DNA from: Amoebidium appalachense
Lineage: Eukaryota; Protista; Ichthyosporea
Reading direction: 5' to 3'
Assembly (NCBI GenBank): GCA_963693365.1
Contig: CAVNZM010000002.1
Location: 1,116,001-1,180,000 of the forward strand
Length of the DNA: 64,000 nt
Shown here: positions 13,492 through 36,815 of the stretch, one piece after another
Position numbering within the stretch: position 1 is the stretch's first letter
Layout of the letters: each line of letters begins with the position of its first letter
Notes under the pieces: generated by a model
Database searches by the model: none
Told to the model about the DNA's origin: nothing
What the model saw: only the letters and a program-made list of their open reading frames with translations
Made by a program: the position numbers and the translations under genes

Positions 13492-13809
13492 ATATGGTAG
13501 GTACCATATATGGTTGCTGTCTATTGTTGCTGACATGTTGTCGAAGACATGTGCATGGTTGTGGGCATTTTTAAGGCACAAATGTATGTATGCTCACATG
13601 GTATGTTTGCCACCAAGGAAACCAACCAATAAGTCGACCTGGCCCTGCCCTTGCCCAGGCACATGCGCGCACACACACAAACACATACACACATGCAATT
13701 GCGCACACACACAAACACGGATGCATATATGTACACATGCACACACTTTCACAAACATTCACATAAGAGGGATGCAGGTGCACACACAAATGAGCGTTTT
13801 TGCTCGCAG

Positions 13810-13863
<54 letters not shown>

Positions 13864-14195
13864 CGCACAGTTTCCCTTCTTGCGCAGCATGCTTTATTTA
13901 TTATATTATTCCTATCCTCCGTTCATTTGCGCATGAGTTGGTCCCTGGTTTTTCGGTTTTGTTAGAGAACTAATATTTTTATTTTTATTTGTAATGAAGT
14001 CTGTCCTGGGGGCGTTATTTGTTGTCTAGTGAAGAATGGTCTCCAGTTAGGGTGTCGTTTGATGGTGTACGAGTTTGCAAGCTCACGTCAGTGTGTGGAG
14101 AGAAAAAGAGAGTCTGTGTCGATGTGTCGAGAGAAACAGAGTGAGAGGAGATACACACACACACACTGACCGACAGGCAGGGAGAGAAAGAGAGG

Positions 14196-14233
<38 letters not shown>

Positions 14234-15125
14234 GTGTATGTGTGTGCGCGTGCGTGTGTGGAGACGGGTTGGAGGGAAGATAAAGTTAGTTTCACGTGTG
14301 AATGAGTGTGGTGGGTGCACAATTAGCCAACCCTGGGCGGCGCAGGGGGGGGGGTGGGGAGGGGGGGGGGGGGAGAGGAGGGAGGAGGGGGGGGGGGGGG
14401 GGGGGGGTGAAAGAAGAGAGTACCTGTGTGTGTTTGGGAATCTGTCTGAACGAGCCGGCAATTTCGGACGGGGACGGAGGGAATACTTGATACTATGCTA
14501 ACGATCATGCGCCTCTAGGTTTAGCCATATATGGTCCATACAGCGGCCATTTGATTGGACGGGCACCCCTGGGACTGACATGCTCTCATCGGCAATGAAT
14601 GTGCAGCTGCTGTGCGGCAACACCCTGAAGGAGGAGGCAAAGTCCCTGTTTGGCGTTATGGGGGTAGTGTTATGGTTGGTGGGTGAATGTATTGGTTGGT
14701 AACCATTTCTGAATAACTTTTTGGTATAAAACGTTGTCCCCTTATCCATTTTTTGGTTTCTGCTCTCTCCTACAAGACTTTTCTGGCTTAGATTTACCCT
14801 TATATAGAGTAGGTACGGTCTTTGGGTGTAAGTTTCGAGGGATCTGGAGGTGTTGATTCTGTATCGCTGCGTCAACTAACATAGTTAACAGTCAAAAGCG
14901 TAGGGCTGGTTTTTTCTGTGTGTGGAAACCCATCAGTGTTGGGGTCCTAGGTGATCTACCGTCAGACTCTCTCCATATAGCACATGTTTGATCACATGTT
15001 TGCACGGGTGCTGCGTGACTCTGTAAAGCTTCTGTTCATCAGAGTGAAGCTCCAAGATACAATAAACGACTCTCCGTGTAGTAAACTTCACAGAACAACC
15101 CCCCCCCCCCCCCCCCCCCCCCCCC

Positions 15126-15361
15126 ATGGGCTCTGCTTATTATGCATACTCTTTATGTATGGCTTGCATTCTGCATCGTGTTATCCGTTTGTTCTTGTGT
15201 ACTTCGTACTTTTTAACGCATTCAAAACCCCCCCCCGGCTCCTCACATCCCCCTCTGCCTGCACGCTTAAATTGTTTGATTTTGGATTTCCCACTTTTGT
15301 GACGTTTTGTTGTTGCTCTTTGTTGTCTCCGCCATATTTCCAACCCTCTAACACATACCAT
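15126..15361 (+). mobile_element. Family A fragment followed in tandem by a family B fragment, each ending in a C-run
   Basis: 15126-15228 matches 1707-1808 (minus); 15254-15361 matches 22083-22190. Confidence 0.8.
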
Positions 15362-15997
15362 CCCCCCCCCCCCCCCCCCCCCCCCCCCTCCCCCCCCGCC
15401 CCTCCTCCCTCCCCCCGGCCCCAGCGGGCCAGGTCCCGCGCGTTTCTGTGACGGATTGTGCATTGCCTTTTGGCGTTTCCCCGTCAACAATCCCAACTCT
15501 CTATTACATGCATCAGCCCCTCCCCCTTCCTGCCTTTCCTCCTCCATCCAACACAAACAACCACGTGTCCCAACCTCAAACCCCAAGCCGGTCAAAGGCT
15601 GGCCTATGTATGCAATAGCCAAACGTACCGGTACCATATCAATTCCTAACTTGTTCGATCAACCACCACCTTCACCCCATACTCGTTCATCCCCCATTCC
15701 TTCAGGCGCTTAACTGAGAAATACACCCCCAAGTATCCACTGTCCATCCTCGATCCCTGACCCACATTTTATTTGTTGCCAACTGCATGTGAATACAACG
15801 TCGGCACGCAGGCGCAACGCGTGTAAACACATACACACGACCATCATGCAGTAGTTATGTGTACTATAGATCTAGCTTATACCAATACACTAACTATATA
15901 TTAGGTGCATCGGTAGGGCAGGGCAATTTAGGCTTATCCGAGGGGAGCCTCAGCGGCGAGCGCCATGGGCCACACAAAGTCTACTGTAGCTATCATG

Positions 15998-16166
15998 ACA
16001 GGCTGGATCTGGCAGCCTTACGTAAGTGTACACAGGAAAGCGTTTAATGATGCTGTATAATCCAACCAAAACGCTTGATTTGTTCGTGTGATTGGCTAAC
16101 TGCGCACCAAACTTCGCGCTTCACCTCAGGGAGCTGCTCAGCCAAACTTACGCCAGTCCAGCCTGT
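15998..16166. mobile_element. Decayed MITE-like element
   Basis: Imperfect inverted ends ACAGGCTGGATCTGGC and GCCAGTCCAGCCTGT; no clear TSD. Confidence 0.4.
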
Positions 16167-16943
16167 GTGTAGCTGCCTGTGTGTATGACTTGTCGAGACC
16201 CAAAAGTTGACGCACGAATTTAAGGAGTAAGGAGGGGGAGTAATTCAGGAGTACGGTTTATAGTAGTCTTGTAAGTTATTAATGTAGTAGTAATAGTCCT
16301 ATAGGATGAAAGGAAGTAGCACCGACGGTTATTGAACACCAACAAGAGATTTGGAACGGGTCACACAGCAGCCTGAAAACATAGAAAAAGAACACCCAGG
16401 CATTTAGCTAACTGTTTCAAAATCTAAAGGAAAAATGGAAAGCAAAACGATGCTGGAATCGAAGTCCTCTCTAAGGTAGCCGACAAATTTAAGCAAGATC
16501 CCTATCTGCATCGCAAAATCTCTCTCTGCATGGATGATAATGGATTTTGGATCTGGGAAACTCATTGGTGTAGAGCGTGCCACTAGGGTACGCGTTTGGT
16601 TCCTCAAGCCAACGTTCTCCCAAATATCAAAGGTCTGTCTATGAAATGTAGAAAACTCATAGCACCTAAGATAGGCACTTTCAACAAAGGACTTTGGCTT
16701 TTCAGGGTTCAAACCATGCACAGAAAATATAATAAACATTTAATTGAGCACAAACACAAAAATTTGTGTAAAACTGAAATATTTACCGCCACACGCAAGA
16801 AAACATACTCAAAACACACACATTATGGTACAGGCACGTGTTTTTTTTTTGGAAAAATCTCATGTAGGTATATTTTTGTCTTGAAATTGTCCTGTTCTTG
16901 TTCTAGATGATGGGTTACCTGTCTGATCCTTGGTTTTCCGTCT

Positions 16944-26326
<9,383 letters not shown>

Positions 26327-27240
26327 CATGGCACCGTTTGTTTTCTGACTACCACCACTACCATCACACACATGAACACAGACACGCACACAGACACACA
26401 TGCACACGTACACAAACACACACACAGACACACACACACAGACAGACACACACACACACACACATGCCTACATACAAAACACGTGCGCAACCACATGCAC
26501 AAACACACGCACGCATGCACATGCGCGTGCATGCGCGCTCACACACACACACACTCCCAGTAACACTCAAATACGGCCCCCAAACGTTTTTTTCTCTCTC
26601 TCCTTTTCTACCTCTCACCCTCATATTTTCAAGGTTTCCTCAAGCAAAAGTGCCAACAAATTCTTGGAATGGGCTACGCTTGGAACCACGAATTGTTGTT
26701 TTTTTGGCATGAAATCGGAGTGTTGCCAGGTTCTCTGTGCTTTGTTCTTGTGTTTTCTATTATCTCAGTAGTAAATGGCTGGATATGGAGTGGATGTGGT
26801 AGGTTTTGGCTGTGCTAATGATTACATTTACTTATTTGATTACTTATTTTAGTACACTGCCACCATTGAAGAATGCATTGCTTGCACGTTCGCAGTATGT
26901 GACCTAAATACAGTACGTAAATTTTCTGAGTGTCTAAGTTGGGGTTAATCGATCTTTTTGAGGTGAAAAGGCTGCAGCATTAAAATTCTTTGATAACAGG
27001 CAAAACCCTGATATGTTGCTAGTTTGTAGTGATTTGAGTTACGGTAACCTGCTGAGGCATGTACCGTGCAGAATTGCACCTAAAGACCCTCCCCCCAGTA
27101 CAGCGGGTCTGTACTGTATAACACTCAAACAATTATATAAAAGGGGTTCAAATACCAAGAAAAAATATGCACCTGTTTGAAGATCGGTTCATGCATGTCA
27201 TACCGTGTCAAATTTGAACCCCCTTTTTAAATTACCCCCC

Positions 27241-27297
<57 letters not shown>

Positions 27298-27546
27298 ATG
27301 TATACACGCATCCACATATGCATTCTGTACCCATGGCCATATAATTTATAATTAATTAAAGTTTTCGAGGGGAATCGAACATGCGCACGAATTCGAAATA
27401 TGGAAATTTTGGCGGGAAGTTTTCAAGATTGCGCAAAAAAGAAACGTTTTTTGAAACCGTTACGAATGAAAAAAAAAATATTGTGCAGCTGGTTGGTTGA
27501 AAGTTTAACGATGGGTGGGGTTCAATATAATGAGGAGAACAACGGT

Positions 27547-27860
<314 letters not shown>

Positions 27861-28492
27861 GGACAGGGGACAAATTGTCGTGATGCAAAAGCAAACACGT
27901 ATGTGGGATACCAACGTGTGGCATGCATGCCCGGGGGGGGGGGGGGGGCAAGGGGTCGGACACCATGGCATATACAGGATTTGATCAAAATTAAAGTCAA
28001 CCTTCAATATGCACATTGAGCCCTTTCAGTATTCGCATACCATTGAGGTTGAAACAATTTTGCCATTTTACAAGCTCCAGATATGCCCCGATTATCGGTA
28101 CATACTGAATAGTCCTTAGTCCGTGTGGCGCATACAATATGACTCGCGGCAACTGCAAAGATCCGAGTGTCCCAAACAAATATTTGCGCCACCAATATAG
28201 ATCCACAAGCACAAAACAAATCTGCCCACCTGATATTGCCAAGTGTAGTATAAGGTTTGGTGTATTAGCGAGTAACTAATAGATGCTAATATTTACATGG
28301 CAAAAAAAAGGGGGGTTCGGTTAGCCTGAGACCCTCTCTCTCAACTAGAAGGAACGGGGGTTGGGGTGGTGGTAGTTGCAGTATTATTGTTGCAAAACAC
28401 GAAACCCTACAAACGTCAGCCAAACACCAAACCAGCCTCTGAGTCAAGCAACATTGTGATATGCCGTATGTCAGTCTATATCTCCAGGGCGA

Positions 28493-28525
<33 letters not shown>

Positions 28526-28752
28526 GGAGAACGCCACCACTACTAATCTCTCTTTCATTCATAAGCCAAGAAAACTCCATTTGCCCCCCCCCCCCCCCCC
28601 CAACAACAACCCCCCCTTCCCTCCCCTCCCCATCCATCCCTCCCACCCCCCACCCCCTCCGTTTGACCACCTCCCTCCAACGATGTGTTAGGTAGACGTG
28701 TTCCTACTCAAACGAACACACTACACTGCTTAACCCATACACACCCAAGCTC

Positions 28753-30280
28753 TCACTTCATTCCACGAGAGCGAGTCAGTCGCCGTGTTGCCTGCTCCTT
28801 TTTCTCCTCCCCGTTCGTTCCTGTGCTCCGAACTTTCGCCATTTGAAACTGTGGTTTCTTTCTCAAAGGCGACTGTGTATCTCCCTCGCCCCAGCCCGCT
28901 GCATTTTTCGCGCCAACTTTAGCCGGATTTTGCTCCCTCGTTCTTCGGAATTGTGGGGTTTTCTTGAGTGGCGAAAATGTAACCTCAGACTCGCCAGTGG
29001 CGTTACTGGTGCGATTATCGGTTTTTTCGGTCATCCGAACTGTGTTTTTCGTTGGCTCTAGGGGCGCTTCTGAAGCCGTGTTTGTCTGCACCGGTCCGTG
29101 TCTTGTGCGGACACGTTTTCGTGCCCCAGTCTCCCCTTTCTCTATCTTGCTTCCGTCGTTGTCAGGATCAATCCCTTTCTGCGATTCTTTTATGTGAATT
29201 CCGTTCTCGGAATACATGTCCCCGCCTTTATCCATGTACGTTACTTTCTCACTCCTTGCCCTTTTGTAAGCACCGTGGTTTGTTTCCGCCTTTTCTTTAT
29301 CCTTTCCTTGTTTCACTCTTCCCTCTTTCTCCTTTCCCTCCCTCACATTCCCGTTTCCTTTTTCCATTTGAATCTGCCGTTTATTTTCCGTCGGTTGAAC
29401 TTTCTGGGATCCATCACTCGTCGTTTCATTACGCACGTCCGTGGTAGTTTCTTCCTCCCTGTGTGGCCCACGCACGCCGAGACTTTTCTCTTTTCTCTTT
29501 TCCTCATTCCCCTGCCTCACACTTTCCACCCCTTGGCCTCGGTGTCTTTCTCCTTCCGATTGCGAGGTTTTGGGCTCAGCCCACTCAGTTTCACATCTCG
29601 TTTCCTTCCCACTTTCTCTCACGCTCTCTGCTTCCTTGCTTCCTCCCGTCTCCTCCGTGTGTATCTTACACACAACACACGGCGTTACTTGCACCCCGTG
29701 CCTACAATAATACTGGCTTTCCGGTCGTAATTTTACCAAGTTCCGCTTCGATATTTTGGCACCCTTCTTCGGTTCCGGCGCTTTCGGGGGTGGCGGCGGT
29801 TCGATTTTCAGCCGCAGGGTTATTTTCTTTGCCGCTTCCATCTTCTGTCGTAGTTCCTCCGGTATTTCCTTCTTACATTCCGAACAGTTCTGTTTTCGCT
29901 TTCCATGTTGCAGACACATGCCATTGCCCCCACAGTCCACACAGTAATATCTCTCGCGCCCGTGCGGACACACACCTCTTCCCCCGCATGGTTTGCACAG
30001 GTAGTTCAACATTCCGTGTTCGCACATGGCGTTCCGCTTGAACTGTGCCCGCCTAATCTTTCCCGCTCCAAACGTGACCACGTCGTCCTCACTCTTCTCC
30101 TCCTTGCTCTTCTTACTCTTCTTTTCTTTCTTTTCTTTCTTTTCTTTCTTGCTTTTCTTATCCTCTTTCCTAACTTCATTTTCCGACTTTTGTTTCTTCC
30201 TTGGCTGCTCCTCATAGTCACTACTAACATCCCCCCTCACTCCCCCCGCTCTCCGTCTCTTCTGCCTTTCTCTTTCCCAT
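28753..30280 (-). CDS. Intronless Lys/Glu-rich protein with CxHG...CxxCGG zinc-ribbon-like repeats; 1-nt frameshift near the start
   Basis: 495-codon open frame with CEHG..CKPCGG.G.CPHGR..YC.DCGG.G.C..HGK...C.EC and a later CRHG...C..C. The natural-looking start MGKRKAEETESGGSEG (ATG 30280) is one base out of frame across G6 runs at 30231-30247. Confidence 0.7.
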
Positions 30281-30286
30281 TTTCAA

Positions 30287-30436
30287 GCTCCTCTTACGTG
30301 TGTTTGCTAAGTGTGCTAAGGTGTATATCTGTGTGTTCGCTCTACAAAAAGGTGGTATATTCTCGCTCCTCTTACGTTTGTTTGCTAAGTGTGCTCAAAT
30401 GTATATCTGTGTGTTCGCTCTAAAAAAGGTGGTATA
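30287..30436. repeat. Tandem duplication, 78-bp period, immediately upstream of the intronless ORF
   Basis: GCTCCTCTTACGT...GTGTTCGCTCTA(C)AAAAAGGTGGTATA occurs twice. Confidence 0.9.
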
Positions 30437-31000
30437 AAGAGTTCGTTTGTTGGCCTTCGTTCCTTTTTGTCTCTAAACCCTATGACTTAAAATGGAAATA
30501 TACTTTTGTATGTACAAGCTGTTTGGAAAGTTGAACTGTGTTTTTGTAACGGCTGCGGTGGACTTTGCCAGAACACGTAACGGATGCATGCATGACGCCC
30601 CCATACCCTCCTCAGCCAATCAGATTACACGTGCAATCGTAGACCGATCCCGCGATCAGTCAAGGTATAAATCTAAATCTTCGTCACAGCTGCAGGTTGG
30701 CGCGTGACTGGCGCCACGGCCGTCACCACGGCAAAGTTTGCCATGTGCCGGTGTACGTGCTAACACGTACTGACGTGTTGCCGCACGTCCAACGTTACTA
30801 CATCTACTCAGGGTCCCTTTCTGCCACCTACTGAGATGGCTCCTTATTTGTCCTTACACATTCAGCGAACACTGGACTCTATCGAACCGTCGAGGCGCCG
30901 CGACAGAAAGCATGCACGCGGTCGCGAGAGCCCGCCTGCAGCGAACGTAAAGTTCATCGCAGCGCGTGCACACCGTCAGTACGTGTGAGGGTCCCTTTTA

Positions 31001-31037
<37 letters not shown>

Positions 31038-31083
31038 AAAGGAGACACCGCCTCAGTAGGTGGTAGGTGTACGTGTGTGCGAT

Positions 31084-31121
<38 letters not shown>

Positions 31122-32071
31122 CGTGTGCGTGTGTGCGTGTGTGTACTTGTGTGTGCGTGTTTGTGCCTGTGTGCCTGTGTGTTTGTGCTTGTGACAAACC
31201 GGTGTGCGTGTGTGTGTACGTGTGCGCGCGCGGACGCGCGCCCACAGTCACGTGCGTGCGCAGTATGGCAGCACGCGGTCACGGTGGAAAAAAGAATGAA
31301 AAAAAAGGAAAATTAACTGTGCACGGGACAACTGTCAACCAAACAAATATCACTGAGGATCCGGAGAACATGCACAATTTGGATCTTAACACACACACGC
31401 ACACACGCACACGCATGCACGCACACACGCACACGCACACGCACATGCACACACACACATACACGCACGCACGCACGCACGCACGCATACACGCATACAT
31501 ACACGCACACACACGTGTGCACGTTCACACGCACTCGCACACACAAAAACACGCACGCACACGCACAAACACAAATACGGACACACTAATATCAGGCCTT
31601 CTCTGTGGACTACATACACCCTTGCCTACTTCTTTTGGGGGGGGGGGGGGCCTTTGAACATATGAATAAAAACTAAAATAAAAATATAGGTATGTGCGTC
31701 GAGTGTGTTAATGTGCGTGTGTGTGTGGAGGGAGGGGGGGGGGGGGGGGTTCTTAGGGACTTATACAAGGATGGAATGATATCATTCTGTTTGACTCGAA
31801 GGTGGAATCGTTTATTTTCAGCATATATTGGCATTGGTACGTACTATATTATGTACCTGCACCATGCACAATCGTACCAAAACTATATACATACTACGAG
31901 TTGCCTTATAGCGTAGCCTACAGCACACTTGTCAAAAAGAGAAATCTGGTGTTAGCTGAGTTTTTTGGACTCCCTTGCCCTGCGGCCGCATCAATATGCC
32001 CCCTAAGTGGGTTTCGGTTGTGTATGATGGTCCATGCTGTGTTGCTTACTAACTTGCGGATTGAATGTTCG

Positions 32072-32133
<62 letters not shown>

Positions 32134-32699
32134 CTGTGCTGGTGCTGGTGGTAAACGTGTCTGTGTGTGCCTGTGTGCGCGTTTACGGTGTGTGTGTGTG
32201 TATGTGTTGAGGTAGGTTGCTGCTGCTGGTGGTGGTTGTTGTGGTGGGGGTAGCTGGTGGGGGTGGTATGAAGCAGAAACAATCGACATTACGGTTGTGT
32301 CACGGTCATGCACTTGGAGAAGGATGTATTGATGAAGGGGCCGTCCTTGGGTGTCGGCAGAACGCCTCTGCAAGTAAGCACACACCGTTACAAATTCTAT
32401 TAAAACCGTGTATAGGTTTGCGACATCCCTCCATTTCAGGTCCTCCCCACCCGCGCCACCCACTTTTCCCTCTCTTGTTTCTCGAAGGCGAAGCAGCTAA
32501 GAAAAAAAAAGAGACACATTATGTCATTTGGGGGGACATAGCAAAAGCATCAGAGTGAGAAGTTACCTGAGGGGTGGGGTGGTGGGCATGACAACACGGT
32601 AGTTGTAGGGCTGGTGCTTGGTAGCCATAGTGACCGAGGATCAGGGCCACAACCATCGAAGCAGTACAGGACCGGACACATATTGATAAAGAACACAAT

Positions 32700-33695
32700 T
32701 GTGCACACCCCTATTCTTAGAAGAGGGTGTGAACAGTGGCATGGGTCGCTTTGCCACTGCCAAACGTGCTTGCATGCCCTCCTAAGGGTGGGCATGGTTC
32801 ACACGTGTGCACACCCTCTTCTAAGAAGAGGATGGGAACAGTGGCACAGGTCGTTTTGCCGCTGCCAAACGTGCTTGCATGCCCTCCTAAGGGTGGGCAT
32901 GGTTCACACGTGTGCACACCCTCTTCTAAGAAGAGGATGGGAACAGTGGCACAGGTCGTTTTGTCGCTGCCAAAAGTGCTTGCCATGCCCTCCTAAGGGT
33001 GGGCATGGTTCACACGTGTGCACACCCTCTTCTAAGAAGAGGGAGAGGGTGGGAACAGTGGCACAGGTCGTTTTGTCGCTGCCAAACGTGCTTGCATGCC
33101 CTCCTAAGGGTGGGCATGGTTCACACGTGTGCACACCCTCTTCTAAGAAGAGGATGGGAACAGTGGCACAGGTCGTTTTGTCGCTGCCAAAAGTGCTTGC
33201 CATTCCCTTCTTAGGGTGGGCATGGTTCACACGTGTGCACACCCTCTTCTTAGAAGAGGGCACAGAGGGTGGGAACAGTGGAACAGGTCGTTTTGCCGCT
33301 GCCAAAAGTGCTTGCCATGCCCTCCTAAGGGTGGGCATGGTTCACACGTGTGCACACCCTCTTCTTAGAAGAGGGAGAGGGTGGGAACAGTGGCACAGGT
33401 CGTTTTGTCGCTGCCAAACGTGCTTGCATGCCCTCCTAAGGGTGGGCATGGTTCACACGTGTGCACACCCTCTTCTTAGACACCCTCTTCCAAGAAGAGG
33501 GTGGGAACAGTGGCACAGGTCGTTTTGCCACTGCCAAACGTGCTTGCATGCCCTCCTAAGGGCGGGCGTGGTTCACACGTGTGCACACCCTCTTCTAAGA
33601 AGAGGGTGGGAACAGTGGCACAGGTCGTTTTGTCGCTGCCAAACGTGCTTGCCATGCCCTCCTAAGGGTGGCGTGTGCACACCCTCTTCTTAGAA
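32700..33695. repeat. Palindrome-rich minisatellite, about 104-118 bp unit, about 9 copies
   Basis: Each unit holds CCCTCTTCTWAGAAGAGG, CATGCCCTCCTAAGGGTGGGCATG and CACACGTGTGCACAC. Confidence 0.95.
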
Positions 33696-34162
33696 GGAGG
33701 TGGGCACAATGACAAAAGTAACCCACAAGCATGCCTTTTTGTCCCCTGCGGTTGCTAGGGTCCAGGGGTCAGATTGTTGCATAATAAGGCTGTAAGATGA
33801 TTGGCTCAACTTTGAGGAGGGGGAGAGGGTGTGTGTGTGTGTGTGTGCGGGTGCGGGTGCGGGTGCGGGTGCGGGTGCATGTGTGCGTGCGTATTGTAGT
33901 GCACGCACGTGTGTGTGTGCGTATGTGCACGCGCGTGTGTGTGCGTGCGTGCGTGTGCACCTGCGTGCGTGCACGCACATGGCTGTGTGCCTGTGTGCCT
34001 GTGTGCGTGGGTACATGCGTGTGTGTGTGTGTGTGTCTCTTGTGTATTTCCATTTTTGTTTTTCATTGATTTTTCTGGGGCACCCAGTTGCTGCTAGGGC
34101 ATGATAACATGGAGTGTAGCCTCTGTAGTGTGAGTGCACAGTGAACGAGCTTCAAAGATACT

Positions 34163-34268
34163 CTGCTATGACAATAGAAATGCAATCATTATTTGCTATA
34201 GGTATCGATGTGTTCTGCTATGACAATAGAAATGCAATCATTATTTGCTATAGGTATCGATGTGTTCT
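34163..34268. repeat. Tandem duplication, about 53 bp x2
   Basis: CTGCTATGACAATAGAAATGCAATC...GGTATCGATGTGTTCT is repeated. Confidence 0.9.
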
Positions 34269-34434
34269 GGATGTGTTCTGGGTAGCCTTTAACCATCCTC
34301 AGTTATAGCATCTCGACTGTGGTTTTTTAGGTGAGAAATCATGAGACCTAAATGTAATACATGCAGGCCCTCTATACCAAGAGCGACTGCACACACAGAA
34401 AGGTGGTGGGTGGGTGGGAGCGGGGTGTAGGGTT

Positions 34435-34481
<47 letters not shown>

Positions 34482-34628
34482 GGGGGGGGGGGGGCACACT
34501 TTCATATACAAGTACATACAGTATGAATTACAAACATGCTGCGGTACACCAAGTTCTGTGCAGGAAGCTATAGAGCTGCAACTGGATAGGATAACCAGAT
34601 ATCGGGCTTAATGGCTTAACCTGATGGA

Positions 34629-34664
<36 letters not shown>

Positions 34665-35082
34665 AGCACACACGTACCGTTTGTGTGGTTGAAGTAGTAG
34701 TCATGCTGCATGTCAATGACCCTGGCTAGCCCAAAATCGCTGATCTTGATCACTGGGTACCCTGAAAATGGTTCGTTTGAGCGTCATTGCATACACACAA
34801 GTGCACACACACAGACACAAGCACGCACACACACACACGCACACACATTTTCTCTCTCTCTCTTCCGCCCCCCACCCCTCTCCCTCTCCTTTACCTCTTC
34901 CTCTCCTTTTCCCCCTCTCCCTCTCACCCCTCCTCTCCCTCCCCTCCCCCCCCCCCTCCCCCTCTCTCTCTCTCTCGCACCCCCAGTTCTCTCTTTCTCT
35001 TTCCCTCCCTCCCTCCCTCCCTCTCTCTCTCTCTATTGATCTACCTAATATTTTTGTAACTAACTATCTATCTATCTAACTG

Positions 35083-35122
<40 letters not shown>

Positions 35123-35574
35123 CCTATCTGCCACGGTATGTGTGTGTGCATGCGCGCATGCGAGCCTGTGTGTTCATGTGCATGTGCGTGCCTGTTCGTG
35201 CAAGCGCGTTTGCGCACACGTGTGTGCATATGGACATGTGTGCATATCTCTGTGTGTATGCGTGCATGCATGCGTGCGTTAGTGTGTGTGTGTGCATGCT
35301 TCACACAGCATATGCTCCTACCTGTGGGGGGGGTGGGGGTGCGACCATGCAGTCCCTAGCAGCCAGGTCTCTGTGCACCACCCCCTGTGCACTCAGATAG
35401 CCCATGCCCACCGCCATCTGCCGTGCATACCACACTTTCTCTGCCTGTTGCAATGGCTCCCCCTTGGATTTTCTGCCCAACCATAGGAATAATTAGTGAG
35501 AACAACTACCTGGCACTGATAGTCGGTGACTTACCCATCATAATCTTACTCCCCCCTCTCCTCCCCCCCCTCCC

Positions 35575-35609
<35 letters not shown>

Positions 35610-35925
35610 ACCCCCCCCCCCTCCCCACACTCCCAAGACCCCTTCCAAACCCGCCCTTCCCCCCCCCCCCCTCTTCTTCCTCCCTAGACCCGGTCAGAAA
35701 TTCTTTCAGGAAAATGGAAGGGGAATGGGGGGGGGGGGTGTTATTTTGTGCATCTTCCAACAGGGGGGGGGGGGGGGGGGGGAGGGGGAGGATTAAAAAA
35801 CATAAGCCTCGGCTGAAGCCCCGATCACCGTGTATAGGGGCTTGTACCGACCCAAAGGTGGCGACCAAGATAAACCGATAACTTGAAACGATGGTAACAA
35901 CAAAAACGCAAAACAAAAAACAAAA

Positions 35926-35999
<74 letters not shown>

Positions 36000-36631
36000 T
36001 TCGGGTGCAGAAAAATCAACGGTAGGGGAGCCCGAAAAAAAAAGAAAAAAAGAAAAGAAAAAAAAAAACAAAAAAAAAACGGGGAACCCCAACTAATCGA
36101 TTTTTCTTAGTTTTTATGGTGTCTCGTAGAGAAATTAAACCCTGATGTATAATCATCACCCGACATGTATGTACGTGATCATGGTATACCGCTGAGGGGA
36201 TATTCCGAGCAAAAACCCCCCATACCTGAGACTAATCTCTCTTTGCCTCGAGTAAACAGTGTAAACCCCTTATGTACATGCACGCCGAATCAGTATGAAA
36301 GTCCCCTTCCTATAGCGCACATGCATGAAACTGTGTGGATTTTTGGTTTTGTAATTTCATGCGTGTGCGTGTGCACGTGTGTGGGTGCGTGTGTGTACGT
36401 TTGGGCGTGCTAAGTCATGGCTGATGTGTTCGTGTGACGGTATGTGAGTGGGCGCATTTAAACATGGCTGACGTGTTGCCGTGTGCAGTGCACATTTGCA
36501 CCCTCTCGAAATAGCTCCATTATGATAATTCACAGATGATAGCCTGCCACAATAGAAAAACCCCCTCTTCCCGCGCTACTGTTGTGTGTGTGTGTGTGTG
36601 TGGGTGTGTGGGTTTGGGTGTGCGTGCGTGC

Positions 36632-36687
<56 letters not shown>

Positions 36688-36781
36688 GTGTGTCTGTCTG
36701 TGTGTGTGTCTGTGTGTGTGTGTGTGTGTGTGTTTTTGTGTGTGTTTGTGTGTGAACGTGCATGTGCATGTGCATGCGTAC

Positions 36782-36815
<34 letters not shown>

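Noticed and set aside
14519-14702. Isolated candidate exon
   Set aside because: No recognisable homology and cannot be linked to either neighbouring gene.
27990-28270. C-terminal fragment of a second PLE ORF (RLKQFCHF...IIGTY)
   Set aside because: Resemblance is too short and weak to support without a search.
32614-33693. 359-aa Cys/His-rich ORF
   Set aside because: Translation of the tandem repeat; the reading frame changes between units.
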